Assembly (NCBI GenBank): GCA_964478705.1
Contig: CAYZIR010000003.1
Coordinates: forward strand, 17,223 to 81,222
Reading direction: 5' to 3'
DNA: 64,000 nt
From: an uncultured Candidatus Saccharibacteria bacterium
GTDB lineage: Bacteria > Patescibacteriota > Minisyncoccia > Phycocordibacterales > EsbW-18
The notes beneath the pieces are model-generated. The model saw only the letters and a list, made by a program, of their open reading frames with translations, was not told the origin of the DNA and searched no databases. The position numbers were made by a program, and so were the translations under genes. This document shows, in pieces, positions 54,466 through 64,000 of this stretch. Every line of letters starts with the position of its first letter. Position 1 is the first letter of the stretch.

Positions 54466-55710
54466 TTATGATAGCACGCCCTCCTGTTCTATGGCTTGAG
54501 TAATACTCTCAGCTGCAACAATATATGCGGCATTTCGGAGTGTCGTCGTATGTTTTTTCGATGCATCTATAACTCTATCGGTGGCATCGCGCATAAGTTT
54601 TGAAAGTTTCTCGAGGACATCTTTCTTGCTCCAAATCTCATTGTGCATATTCTGATACCATTCGAAATAACTCGTTGCCACACCACCACTATTTGCAAGA
54701 ATATCTGGGATAACAACAATACCCCTGTCTGCAAAGAGCTGATCAGCTTCAATTGTTGTTGGTCCATTCGCTAGTTCGACAATAAGGCGCGCCTGTACTG
54801 CCCCAGCATTTTCATGCGTCAAGACGTTCTCGAGAGCAGCAGGAACGAGCACATCAACGGGTAATCGTATAAGTTCGTCATTGTGTATCATCTTGGCATC
54901 CGGGAAACCCGCGAGTGTCCCCTGTATTCGTTTATATTCCTCAACAGCATCAATATCGAGACCCTCCTTGTTGTAAATACCGCCCTTACTGTCAGACACA
55001 GCTACAATACGCACTTGCTCGTCGCGCGCCTCTTTAGCAAAGTGGGATGCGACGTTTCCGAATCCTTGTATCGCAACAGACACACTATCAGGTAAATCAA
55101 CGATAGTATTTTCACGAATTGCCCGAAAGACCACACTACCACCAAAACCTGTTGCTTCTTCTCGGCCTTGGCTCCCCCCTTCTTCGATGGGTTTCCCAGT
55201 GAATGTGGCTCGCGCTTGAACGCCTACACACTTCTCGTATTCGTCGACCATCCATGCCATAATTTTTCCGTTTGTATTGACGTCAGGTGCTGGGACATCA
55301 ACTGTGGGGCCAAGCACGGGATACAAACGCCTGACATATGTGCGAGACAGACGCTCAAGCTCGCCTTGAGAAAGAGTTTTTGGATCAACGATGACGCCTC
55401 CTTTACCGCCTCCAAACGGAACTCCGATAACAGCGTTTTTAAATGTCATCCAAAAAGAAAGAGCTTGCACTTCAGGAAGACTCACCTGTGCATGATATCG
55501 AATACCACCCTTGTATGGTCCTCGAGCATTATTATGTTGACTTCGGAATCCTGTGAAAATTTTTTGTGTTCCATCATCCATGATGACCGGTATCGAGACT
55601 TCAATACATCGATCAATATGAATAAGACGTTCAATAAGATCCTCTGACACACCTCCAATGCTAGCGGCTTTTTTAAACTGAGAAACCGCAGTGTCGAGTG
55701 GGTTGTTCAT
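54466..55710 (-). CDS. gdhA: Glu/Leu/Phe/Val (glutamate) dehydrogenase
   Basis: GPYKGGIR, GGGKGG, PAPDV, QGFGNV, ELANGP. Confidence 0.95.
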   Translation of the reverse strand: MNNPLDTAVSQFKKAASIGGVSEDLIERLIHIDRCIEVSIPVIMDDGTQKIFTGFRSQHNNARGPYKGGIRYHAQVSLPEVQALSFWMTFKNAVIGVPFGGGKGGVIVDPKTLSQGELERLSRTYVRRLYPVLGPTVDVPAPDVNTNGKIMAWMVDEYEKCVGVQARATFTGKPIEEGGSQGREEATGFGGSVVFRAIRENTIVDLPDSVSVAIQGFGNVASHFAKEARDEQVRIVAVSDSKGGIYNKEGLDIDAVEEYKRIQGTLAGFPDAKMIHNDELIRLPVDVLVPAALENVLTHENAGAVQARLIVELANGPTTIEADQLFADRGIVVIPDILANSGGVATSYFEWYQNMHNEIWSKKDVLEKLSKLMRDATDRVIDASKKHTTTLRNAAYIVAAESITQAIEQEGVLS

Positions 55711-55826
55711 AAAGACAAGAATAGCGCGACTGCCCTGTTAAAGAATTCATTACTAGCAAGATGGAGAAACTAACTTTTTAAAAGGTCACCTGAAGCGCCA
55801 AAGAAGACGAAGGTTTTTGGCATATA

Positions 55827-56729
55827 CTACGCCTTAGCCGGTCTTTTGAAACTGGCAACTCCAGCGCGAATTGCTTGATAGGTCTCGTCGGTTTCTCGGT
55901 ATGCGCTATCAGAATCAATATTCTCGCGCAATTTTTTAACACGATCTGAAGAAAGAATAGATTTTACAATGGCAATCTGTTGGTCATAAATTGCTGTAAG
56001 TTCTTCAGCAACTGCAGTGTTTTCTAATCCTTGGGCGTATTCCCGAAATGCATTCAATTGAAGTGCAATTTCTTCAAGAATTTCAACCTGGGCAGGATGC
56101 TCTGCCAAATCTTTCTTTTTATTTGTAATCCAAAGTTCTGCAAGGTGAAGAACAGTTTTTCTGTTGACACCGAGAATCACCCGAGGAACTTTCGAGAGAC
56201 GACCACGAAATTTTGGTCCTCGTCCGCTCGAACTTTCAAAATATTTAATGGTTGTGAGTTCTCCTCTATCAATTTCATCTTGGATGCGACGAAATTTATC
56301 GCTGATACTTGTTGCATAGGTCACATCAAGTGCAAGAGCGAGGTGGGCAATCGCTTGTTCCCGTTCGATTTCTGCAACCAAATCGACACCATTTTTGATA
56401 TCATCAAATTTTGTAGTCTTTCGTGTCGTCACATCTTCTCCAAGCCAATCCGACAGTTCAATTTGTTCTGTCAGTATTGCTTCTAAAACATCCGCTAGTT
56501 TTTTTGCTTCACGTTGCGCAGGATTCTCGCTTCGAGCAAAGCGCGCTTCCATATCTCTGACGTACACCTCATCAGCTGCAACGGGATTCTCCCCGTAGTC
56601 TTCGATAAAGTCACGCATATTAATCTGCTCCTGACCTCGGCCAGATGCTGCGCGCTCAAGAGCACGCTCGATAAGCATTTCCTCATCTCTCTTCTCACTC
56701 ACTCCCCGTGCTGATTCGCGCCATGCCAT
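55827..56729 (-). CDS. hypothetical protein, possible PD-(D/E)XK-like fold
   Basis: E..E, DDIKNGVDLV, ALDVT pattern. Confidence 0.7.
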   Translation of the reverse strand: MAWRESARGVSEKRDEEMLIERALERAASGRGQEQINMRDFIEDYGENPVAADEVYVRDMEARFARSENPAQREAKKLADVLEAILTEQIELSDWLGEDVTTRKTTKFDDIKNGVDLVAEIEREQAIAHLALALDVTYATSISDKFRRIQDEIDRGELTTIKYFESSSGRGPKFRGRLSKVPRVILGVNRKTVLHLAELWITNKKKDLAEHPAQVEILEEIALQLNAFREYAQGLENTAVAEELTAIYDQQIAIVKSILSSDRVKKLRENIDSDSAYRETDETYQAIRAGVASFKRPAKA

Positions 56730-56753
56730 ATAGAAATATAATTAGTGATTGGC

Positions 56754-57068
56754 TCATTTTAACCCAGTTCTCTTTTTTCTCGAAATATCCGCCCATCGTT
56801 TTTTCCGCTCTGGCGTATAGTGCCACCATGGACGCGGGCTTTCGCCATCCATAAACCGTGTCACCGCGATAAAGACATCGAGGAGGCAGGGGTCGTGACG
56901 AACCTTGGTTTTGGTGCACAAGCGCTCATAAAGCGCAAAAGGATCCTTACCCACAAGCTCCTTGGGGTCTGCAAAGCCAAGTGTCCGAAAATCACGAGCA
57001 ACGCGTGGACCAACATTTGGAATCTCTTCAAACCGCCTGACGTTTTTGGAGTCAAGCACTTTTTTCAT
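56754..57068 (-). CDS. helix-hairpin-helix protein (mitomycin-resistance McrB/Cdd1-like)
   Basis: IPNVGP, HDPCLLD, PWWHYT. Confidence 0.88.
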   Translation of the reverse strand: MKKVLDSKNVRRFEEIPNVGPRVARDFRTLGFADPKELVGKDPFALYERLCTKTKVRHDPCLLDVFIAVTRFMDGESPRPWWHYTPERKKRWADISRKKRTGLK

Positions 57069-57070
57069 AG

Positions 57071-57454
57071 CTACGCGTGATGTTCTTCCTCTGCGGTCAT
57101 TGCTTCTGCTTTCGTTGCGTGCACAGTGCCCGCAGGGTGATTTGCAGGAGAATAGATAGTGTAGAGTTTCAAGGGTTCTCCTCCCGTGTTAACAATGTTG
57201 TGCTCAGTACCAGCGGGAACCACGAGTGCGATTCCATCGGCGAGCGGATACTCGACACCTGCAATAATGGCCTTCCCTTCTCCCGATTCAACGCGGAAGA
57301 ATTGATCCACATCGCCATGCACTTCCGTTCCAATATCTTCACCGACAGCGAGTGACATGACAACGAGCTGGCTATGCTCGCCCGTGAAAAGAACCGTGCG
57401 GAAATTTTCGTTCGCTTTCGATGCTTCTTCAATGTTGCCGTGATACGGTTGCAT
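57071..57454 (-). CDS. cupin domain protein
   Basis: EVHGDVDQFF, VPAGTEHN, LYTIYSP. Confidence 0.92.
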   Translation of the reverse strand: MQPYHGNIEEASKANENFRTVLFTGEHSQLVVMSLAVGEDIGTEVHGDVDQFFRVESGEGKAIIAGVEYPLADGIALVVPAGTEHNIVNTGGEPLKLYTIYSPANHPAGTVHATKAEAMTAEEEHHA

Positions 57455-57455
57455 A

Positions 57456-57941
57456 TTAGTTGATTGCAAGGAGTTCGACGTCAAAGAGCAATGTCGCATT
57501 CGGTGGAATCAAACCACCACCCGCACCCGCAGCACCATAGCCCAACTCTGCCGGAATATTTAGACTTCGCTTCTCCCCTACCTGCATACCAAGCACACCC
57601 TGCTCCCAACCAGCAATCACACGATTTTCTCCCAACGTGAACACAAATGGAGTTCCTCGATCAACGCTTGAATCGAATTTTGTGCCATTCTCGAGTGTAC
57701 CCGTGTAGTGAACGGTCACCGTATCGCCGACTTCTGCTGCTGGCCCTGAGCCTTTCGTAACAATTTTAATACCCAATCCTGCTGCATTCATATTCCATTC
57801 TGATTCCATAGAGTCTTCTGTGGTTAGTGGTTCTGTAATTGGTGTATCCGTCGTCGTTTCGTTCCCCGGTAGAATGGCATATAAGCCATACCCGAGAATC
57901 GCAATGACAACAAGCGTAATCAATGCTGTTGATGTTTTCAT
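57456..57941 (-). CDS. FKBP-type peptidyl-prolyl isomerase
   Basis: [27 protein letters not shown]. Confidence 0.96.
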   Translation of the reverse strand: MKTSTALITLVVIAILGYGLYAILPGNETTTDTPITEPLTTEDSMESEWNMNAAGLGIKIVTKGSGPAAEVGDTVTVHYTGTLENGTKFDSSVDRGTPFVFTLGENRVIAGWEQGVLGMQVGEKRSLNIPAELGYGAAGAGGGLIPPNATLLFDVELLAIN

Positions 57942-57974
57942 ACAGACAGTATAGCAAATCGAAATAGAGGCCTT

Positions 57975-58442
57975 CTAACGAGGAACAATGGTGAAAACCA
58001 AACGATAGGATTCCTGAGGAATCGGCTCATCATCCTTTGCCGGCGGATATGAGGCAGATACAAGCGTGATACGGTCAGATTCTGTCGTAATGCTCTTACC
58101 CAGTTCAATCGACACATTTTCTGTGCCCGTTGAAGTGGTGAGTTTGAGTGACGCAATAACAGTACCTGCCCAAATACAGGTGACCCCCGTCGGGCAACGA
58201 CTATCGTTTACCCCCTGAAGCATTAGTGTACTATTGCGAAGACTTTTTGTTTCTCCAACTGACAACGTCATGGTTGATTCATCGTCAACAGGAGCTGGCT
58301 TTGGAGGATTTCGTATACCATCTGGACCATCAGGAACTCGATCGAGCGGAATTATTTGATCAGCATTGTCATGTTGCACAATGGCATACCCACCACCAAC
58401 AAACCCCGCGATAATAATCAAGATGGCAATGAAGAGTTGCAT
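57975..58442 (-). CDS. hypothetical exported protein
   Basis: DSRCPTGVTCIWAG motif. Confidence 0.8.
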   Translation of the reverse strand: MQLFIAILIIIAGFVGGGYAIVQHDNADQIIPLDRVPDGPDGIRNPPKPAPVDDESTMTLSVGETKSLRNSTLMLQGVNDSRCPTGVTCIWAGTVIASLKLTTSTGTENVSIELGKSITTESDRITLVSASYPPAKDDEPIPQESYRLVFTIVPR

Positions 58443-58446
58443 AGAG

Positions 58447-58878
58447 TTATGACTGTTTTGTTAGTAAACGGGTTATAAAAACTGAAAGCGGTAGAAGGAA
58501 CGTCATCTGCAAAATCGGAGATAGCCCAACTTCAAGCAACGGGATGATGGGCATGGTCGAAAGGTATTCCCAGCGCCCGAGATAGAGACCTTTGTATTCA
58601 ACCATGAGTGCAATCAGGAAGCCGAGCAGGGCGAGCGCCGAATAGTCGAGGGTATGGTGCGTTCGCGTAAACCATCGAGCATCGTGCTTGAGTGCTCCTA
58701 TGAGTGCCACCACAACAAGTGTATAGAGAAGGTCGCCAAGAGTTGCAAAAACCCACACGGGAAGCACTCCTTCAAGCGTGCTGTACCCAGTGTAGAGAAC
58801 GATATGAATGCGCTCCCAACATCCATGCAGAATGAGCGTTGATGCTAGAAGCAAAAGGAATGCATAGCGTGTGCGCAT
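58447..58878 (-). CDS. hypothetical membrane protein
   Basis: WE..H, GD, WEY..MP, GLSPILQ; start at MRTRY. Confidence 0.75.
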   Translation of the reverse strand: MRTRYAFLLLLASTLILHGCWERIHIVLYTGYSTLEGVLPVWVFATLGDLLYTLVVVALIGALKHDARWFTRTHHTLDYSALALLGFLIALMVEYKGLYLGRWEYLSTMPIIPLLEVGLSPILQMTFLLPLSVFITRLLTKQS

Positions 58879-58885
58879 GGGGCTA

Positions 58886-60160
58886 TTATACATGCGAACC
58901 AGCAACATATCCGGTCGTCCAACAGAGCTGAAGGCTATACCCACCGGAGGGGCGATCGATGTTGAGTATGTCGCCAATAAGGTAGAGATTTGGCACAATG
59001 CGCGATTCCATTGTTTTGAAATCAACCTCCGCCAGATCAACTCCCCCTGCAGAAATAACCGCTTTGTCAGCGCCCAGAAGCCCTTTCACATGGAGCGGAA
59101 TCGCTTTTAGTACCGTTATGAGCGATGAGCGTGATTCAGACGACACACTGTGATTTGGTGTATCGCCATCAATACCGACGAGCGAGAGTATGTGATCGAC
59201 AAGTCCCGATGGAATAATCGACCCGAGCGAGTTTTTTATTTTCTTATTGGATTCATCGGCAAACAGAGTCTGAATTTTTTTCCGGAGAGCGCCAGGATCC
59301 AAGGATGGAAACAGATCTAAAAGAATTGTGACATCACTGTGCGTCAGGAGATCGCCAACCTCACTGCTCATATTGAGTACCGTCGGACCGCTTACCCCAA
59401 CATGTGTAAAAAGAAGTTTTCCTTTATGAACACTCTGTTTTTTTGCATCAGCATAGAGCGTGAGCTTAATGGCTGGGAGTGTTACCCCTGCAAGTTTTTT
59501 TACCCACGCATCATTCAGTGCAATAGGCACCAAAGCGAAGTTGTTTGGTATGACCGTGTGATTGAGTTTTGAAAGCCACGCAAAACCATCTCCCGTCGAG
59601 CCGGTCTCTGGATGCGACGTACCGCCGGTTGCAATGATACATGCGCGCGCTCGAAGAGAAGGTTTCCCTTTGCAGGTGATAGTGAAGGTGTCGGTCGTAT
59701 CGTCACGGTCAATGCGCGTCACCGTGCTTTTATGTTCTACAAGAACACCGTGCTTCTTCATATACGCGACCAAAACATCAAAAACCGATCGCGCACTGTT
59801 TGAAACAGGAAACATCCGTCCATCATTCTCTTCTTTCATCGGCATTCCGCGCTCTGCAAAAAATGCAAGCGTGTCTTTAACAGAAAACTGAGAAAACGCC
59901 GAGAAAAGAAATTTATTACTCTCTTTATACTTCGCGAGCATTGTCCGAACATCCGGCTTGTTATTGGTAACGTTGCATCGTCCTCCGCCCGTAATAAGAA
60001 GTTTCTTACCAAGCGTTTCATTCTTTTCAAGAAGAAGCACCTTCTTGCCACGCTCACCGGCACGACCGGCAGCCATCATGCCAGCAGGCCCAGCTCCAAT
60101 CACAATAACGTCCCATATCGTAGGTAGGTCACTTCCTTTTTGTGTTGATTGTGTGCGCAT
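58886..60160 (-). CDS. HI0933/BaiN-family flavoprotein
   Basis: GAGPAG, ITGGGRCN, TGSTGDG, GGYSLQ. Confidence 0.95.
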   Translation of the reverse strand: MRTQSTQKGSDLPTIWDVIVIGAGPAGMMAAGRAGERGKKVLLLEKNETLGKKLLITGGGRCNVTNNKPDVRTMLAKYKESNKFLFSAFSQFSVKDTLAFFAERGMPMKEENDGRMFPVSNSARSVFDVLVAYMKKHGVLVEHKSTVTRIDRDDTTDTFTITCKGKPSLRARACIIATGGTSHPETGSTGDGFAWLSKLNHTVIPNNFALVPIALNDAWVKKLAGVTLPAIKLTLYADAKKQSVHKGKLLFTHVGVSGPTVLNMSSEVGDLLTHSDVTILLDLFPSLDPGALRKKIQTLFADESNKKIKNSLGSIIPSGLVDHILSLVGIDGDTPNHSVSSESRSSLITVLKAIPLHVKGLLGADKAVISAGGVDLAEVDFKTMESRIVPNLYLIGDILNIDRPSGGYSLQLCWTTGYVAGSHV

Positions 60161-60215
60161 AAGGATAGAAAAGAGGAATCGGACGCTTCTGTCTATGAAA
60201 TGCTACACTCAAGAG

Positions 60216-60980
60216 ATGAAACGACCAAATAACAGAAAATCAGGACGAGTGAAACAACAGCAAACTCCAGCACCTTCTGAAGCGACCTTCCCTATGCGAA
60301 TTAACCGCTATCTTGCTCTCAAAGGTCATGCGACCCGCCGTGGCGCAGACGAATTGATTGAGAAAGGACAGGTGTTTTTGAATGGCAAACGCGCTGTGTT
60401 GGGTGACAAGGTGAAAGAGAACGATGTGGTTGAAGTGAAGTTTCGTGGCAAGATGCCGGACTACGTCTACCTCGCCTACAACAAGCCACGTGGTATCGTC
60501 ACGCACTCCGCACAAAAAGGTGAGAAAGATATTGCACACGTGTCACTTCTGAAGGGGGTGTTCCCTGTTGGACGATTGGATAAAGACTCTCACGGATTGA
60601 TTATTTTAACGAACGACGGTCGTGTCACCGATCGTCTACTCTCTCCGCGCTTTGAGCACGACAAAGAGTATTTAGTGACGACCAAGCAACCGCTCCGTTC
60701 GAGTTTTAAACAAAAGATGGAAGCGGGCGTACAAATTGAAGATGGAAAAACAAAACCCTGTAAAGTAGAAATTATCGACGAAAACACATTTCGCATCGTC
60801 TTAACCGAAGGAAAGAAACACCAAATCCGTCGCATGTGCGTCGCGCTGTTTCAAGACGTTGATAATCTCATGCGCATCCGGGTGATGAACATCGAACTTG
60901 GTGATTTAGCGGAAGGGGCGTACCGAAAAATTGAAGGGCAAGAACTAAAAACATTTCTTCACTCGCTCGGCCTTGCGTAA
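60216..60980 (+). CDS. rRNA pseudouridine synthase (RsuA/RluB/RluF family)
   Basis: S4 domain, YNKPRG, GRLDKDS, EGKKHQIRRM. Confidence 0.95.
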   Translation: MKRPNNRKSGRVKQQQTPAPSEATFPMRINRYLALKGHATRRGADELIEKGQVFLNGKRAVLGDKVKENDVVEVKFRGKMPDYVYLAYNKPRGIVTHSAQKGEKDIAHVSLLKGVFPVGRLDKDSHGLIILTNDGRVTDRLLSPRFEHDKEYLVTTKQPLRSSFKQKMEAGVQIEDGKTKPCKVEIIDENTFRIVLTEGKKHQIRRMCVALFQDVDNLMRIRVMNIELGDLAEGAYRKIEGQELKTFLHSLGLA

Positions 60981-61001
60981 AATCCCGCATGTATGCGATT
61001 T

Positions 61002-62477
61002 TTATTTCTTTGTTTTCTCGAGATCCAATGTCTCATCGATACGGATCTGTGCGACGAATTCGGGAACGTGTGAGACCAAGACCATCGCGCCTTGATATGC
61101 GTCGAGCGCTTTTGCAATCTCCGGAATATGACGGAAGTTAATGTGGTTCGTTGGTTCGTCCAAAATCAAAAGACCTGGTCGCTCAAGTACGAGCTGTGCG
61201 AATGCGACTAATCCTTTCTGACCTTCAGACAATGCACCGATTTTCGTGCCAATAACGTCTCCGGTAATTAAGAAACCGGCAGCGAGACTGCGCATCTTCT
61301 CTTCGTCTTTTTTATCCATAACCGACATCAGCGATTCGCGCACGGTCTTATCGAAATCAAGTGTTGAAAAATCTTGTCGGTAGTATCCAACCTTCACGCC
61401 GGGTCCAATGACAGCACCTTCTGCTGTGCCATTAGCAATCGATTCAAGGAGTGTTGATTTACCGATACCGTTTGGACCTTTTAGAAGCAGGTGGTTTCCA
61501 CGCTTGAGAATTATGTTCGCCTTCCGTAGAACTGGCTTGTGAGTTTTGGGATCGATGACTGAAAGCGATGTAATCGTGAGAAGATCACCCAGAACATTTT
61601 CTTGTACTGGAATCGTAAATGGTCGAATTGTTTTATCTTCTTTTCGCACATCAACCTTTTCTTCTTCAAGCTCTTCAGCTTCTTCGCGCATACGCTTCGC
61701 AACCAGACGCATCTTTCCTCCTTTGTGTGCAAAGAAGTTTGCCTTGTCTTTGTTGTCTTGAATTTTCTTCGCAAGCTGGGCGTTCTTGCGGTTTTCTTTT
61801 TCGATTCGTGCTGAAATCTGCTCAACCACGTCAAAATAGTTTCCGGAATATTGTTCAACCTTTCTCGTATGTACATCGAGGTAGAGCACGGTGTCGGTGA
61901 ATGCATTCAAAAAGTCGGCATCGTGGGAAATAACGACCACGGTTTTCTTATAGTTCACCAAAAACTCCGTAAGGTGCTCAATCCCCGCTTTGTCGAGGTT
62001 GTTGGTCGGCTCATCGAGAAGAAGTAAATCAGGATCTTGAATCAGTGCTGATGCGAGAAGAAGACGTGCTTGCTGACCACCTGAAAACGTTTTGATGATG
62101 CGATCGTGTAGTTTCTCGTGTCCCTTCAGGTTCACCACCTCGAGAACGTCATCGATACGCGGGTCGATATCATATACTTTCTTCGCAAATCGACGCTCGA
62201 AAAACTCACGAACGGTAAGGTCGAGTTCATCGCGTGGAATCACCTGACGTGAAAGTGCAATCGAGAGTCCGGGAACAATCGTCATCTCCCCCGACTCGAG
62301 TTCAAGCGCCCCCGTGATCAGTTGAAAAATTGTACTCTTGCCTGCACCGTTTTGTCCCATGAAGGTGCTTTTGGTTCCGCGACGTATAGAAAAACTTACC
62401 TCATCAAGGATGGGTTTGAGCGCACTGTATTCAAATGATGCTTTGTCGAATGTGACGATGGTCTCGTTCTTTGTCAT
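61002..62477 (-). CDS. ABC-F family ATPase
   Basis: Two NBDs (GQNGAGKS, GPNGIGKS), LDEPTN twice, no TM. Confidence 0.95.
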   Translation of the reverse strand: MTKNETIVTFDKASFEYSALKPILDEVSFSIRRGTKSTFMGQNGAGKSTIFQLITGALELESGEMTIVPGLSIALSRQVIPRDELDLTVREFFERRFAKKVYDIDPRIDDVLEVVNLKGHEKLHDRIIKTFSGGQQARLLLASALIQDPDLLLLDEPTNNLDKAGIEHLTEFLVNYKKTVVVISHDADFLNAFTDTVLYLDVHTRKVEQYSGNYFDVVEQISARIEKENRKNAQLAKKIQDNKDKANFFAHKGGKMRLVAKRMREEAEELEEEKVDVRKEDKTIRPFTIPVQENVLGDLLTITSLSVIDPKTHKPVLRKANIILKRGNHLLLKGPNGIGKSTLLESIANGTAEGAVIGPGVKVGYYRQDFSTLDFDKTVRESLMSVMDKKDEEKMRSLAAGFLITGDVIGTKIGALSEGQKGLVAFAQLVLERPGLLILDEPTNHINFRHIPEIAKALDAYQGAMVLVSHVPEFVAQIRIDETLDLEKTKK

Positions 62478-62508
62478 AAAGATATTCTATGTTTTGAGAT
62501 TGTTTCAA

Positions 62509-62550
62509 GAAAACCGCCCCGCCCTCGGATGAGGGCTACGGGGCGGTTTC
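62509..62550 (-). terminator. terminator of the cold-shock gene
   Basis: AAACCGCCCCG...CGGGGCGGTTT. Confidence 0.75.
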
Positions 62551-62563
62551 CTGTGTGGAAAGG

Positions 62564-62764
62564 TTACGCGCGTGTGACGTTCGCCGCAGCAGGTCCTTTA
62601 GCACCCTCGACAACCTCAAAAGTTACCTGATCTCCTTCGTTGAGATCCTCAAAAGAAACACCGTTAAGTGATTCTTTGTGGAAGAAAAGATCCTTTTCGA
62701 CGCCTTCGCGTGCGATGAATCCAAATCCTTTTTCTCGTACGAGAGTCTTGATAGCTCCGTTCAT
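62564..62764 (-). CDS. cold-shock protein
   Basis: KGFGFI, LFFH, KGPAAANV. Confidence 0.95.
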   Translation of the reverse strand: MNGAIKTLVREKGFGFIAREGVEKDLFFHKESLNGVSFEDLNEGDQVTFEVVEGAKGPAAANVTRA

Positions 62765-62825
62765 AGTTTGTGTATGATTGTTTATGACGCGAAACCCGAC
62801 TCTGTTCCGTGGTTTAATGCAATAA

Positions 62826-63119
62826 CTATACCATACGCTTCAGTTTTTTGGAAGTTTTTATTCGATACGGAGTTATCGACTTCGATACAGTGAGTGCCAG
62901 CTTCGCGCTTCGGGATAAACGTTTTATTTCCGCCTCCCGCTTTGATGCAGTACTTCGATTTTTCTTTCGTTCGGTATAGGCAATGTTCACTGCTCCCTTT
63001 GCTCGCGTATAACGCCCTCCCAATCCCTTTTTGTGCTCCGCGAGTCGTCGTTTCATATCAGTCGTGATGCCGGTGTACAGAGAACCATCACCACAGCGTA
63101 GAATATAAACGGTATACAT
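62826..63119 (-). CDS. GIY-YIG nuclease family protein (UPF0213)
   Basis: VYILRCGDGSLYTGIT, RRLAEH, REAEIK. Confidence 0.92.
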   Translation of the reverse strand: MYTVYILRCGDGSLYTGITTDMKRRLAEHKKGLGGRYTRAKGAVNIAYTERKKNRSTASKREAEIKRLSRSAKLALTVSKSITPYRIKTSKKLKRMV

Positions 63120-63218
63120 GACTCTCAATTGTTGTTATATGTGGGAGAGTATATTGTATCTCCCCTGAGGTTTCAGGAACGCACAATCTAAGCTACAAAT
63201 TCTGGGGTTTCTGGAACA

Positions 63219-64000
63219 CTATTTTTCTGCAATGATGACCATATTCGTTGGTGGATACTGCATTGGTATGAGTGCACCGTCTTTTTTAGTGTACAAGTCA
63301 ACCTTACCTTTGAATCGATTTTCAACAATCCATGGGTTGGAATACACGCGCGACGTCGCATCCGATATATTCGGATTCTCTATAATTTTAAATCCGACGT
63401 CACGCAACAGTGTCTTCCAATCACTGAAAGAAAAGAAAGCAAATTCCTCGTTAAGTTCACTGATGAAGTTGTCTGTATAATCTTTTTTGGTCATGAATTC
63501 GACCGCGTCTTTGAGTTTGAGGACAAAAAACTTTACACCGTTTTCTATCGTTTCTTTAAACACAACCGCTGTCTCAGGACCTCGTTTCCCTTTTTCTCGC
63601 ATCTGTCCAAGGTAATCCTCTGCAAAACGATAGAAACGAGCTTCTGTTGAAAGTCCCGCGATGTGACGTGCAAACGCTTCCGAAGACGCAGGACTCTGAT
63701 AGATATCCTCGTTACTTCCATCGTCTCGAGTGAGATGCATATACACGTCTTGATCTTTATCTTCTGGACCAACAACATCGCGAATGATGAGATGCCCACC
63801 AGCGCGCATTTGTTTATATTTGAGTGCGATATAGTTTTTGAGGCTTGAGAACCCATCACCGTACGACCAAATTTCATGCGTGGTCGAGTTACAAATTGTT
63901 GTGTCGATTGATTCGTCGTCGAATATTTGATCCATCAAATTACGCTGATGGAAGAATACAAACGTACCACCGAACTCTCCTGCTCGCTGTCGTTCATGAC
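63219..64000 (-). CDS. SAM-dependent methyltransferase-like protein (5' end off window)
   Basis: Frame open to the window edge; SIDTTICNSTTHE, GGHLIIRD. Confidence 0.7.
   Translation of the reverse strand, partial: HERQRAGEFGGTFVFFHQRNLMDQIFDDESIDTTICNSTTHEIWSYGDGFSSLKNYIALKYKQMRAGGHLIIRDVVGPEDKDQDVYMHLTRDDGSNEDIYQSPASSEAFARHIAGLSTEARFYRFAEDYLGQMREKGKRGPETAVVFKETIENGVKFFVLKLKDAVEFMTKKDYTDNFISELNEEFAFFSFSDWKTLLRDVGFKIIENPNISDATSRVYSNPWIVENRFKGKVDLYTKKDGALIPMQYPPTNMVIIAEK

Noticed and set aside
1-64000. Alternative genetic code (TGA=Gly, code 25)
   Set aside because: Conserved genes translate full length under code 11, and several (htpX, dnaX, dus) end properly at TGA.

Overview
Chromosomal segment of a small-genome bacterium, most likely Patescibacteria/CPR (Parcubacteria-like). 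This is an inference from the gene set, the secG-SBP-rnj-MFS-glutaredoxin order, the short dnaX and widespread leaderless starts; TGA acts as a stop, so code 11. It carries housekeeping genes (typA, lexA, dnaX, dus, serS, dprA-topA-rel, parB, miaA, htpX, lemA, groES/EL, secG, rnj, gdhA, ABC-F, csp) and three tRNAs (Gln-TTG, Leu-CAA, Ser-GGA), interleaved with single-gene accessory cassettes. I found no integrase, transposase, reverse transcriptase or CRISPR array. The most interesting signals are intergenic. (1) A 72-nt triple-hairpin element occurs twice, at the typA 5' end and the tRNA-Gln 3' end. Each copy lies between a broken and an intact copy of the target gene end and carries, at the same position, a 13-17 nt sequence complementary to its own insertion junction, suggesting a programmable guide-directed insertion element. 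(2) A four-helix-bundle (23S-IVP/Avd-like) gene and a separate two-gene cargo are each bracketed by inverted repeats built from TAG-containing heptamers that sit directly after stop codons and directly before start codons, resembling mRNA intervening sequences. (3) Small CCTGCC...GGCAGG-type palindromes insert with no target duplication, two of them inside dead duplicate gene ends (a synonymously recoded htpX C-terminus and a tRNA-Gln 5' end). Mechanisms are hypotheses; coordinates were counted by hand.
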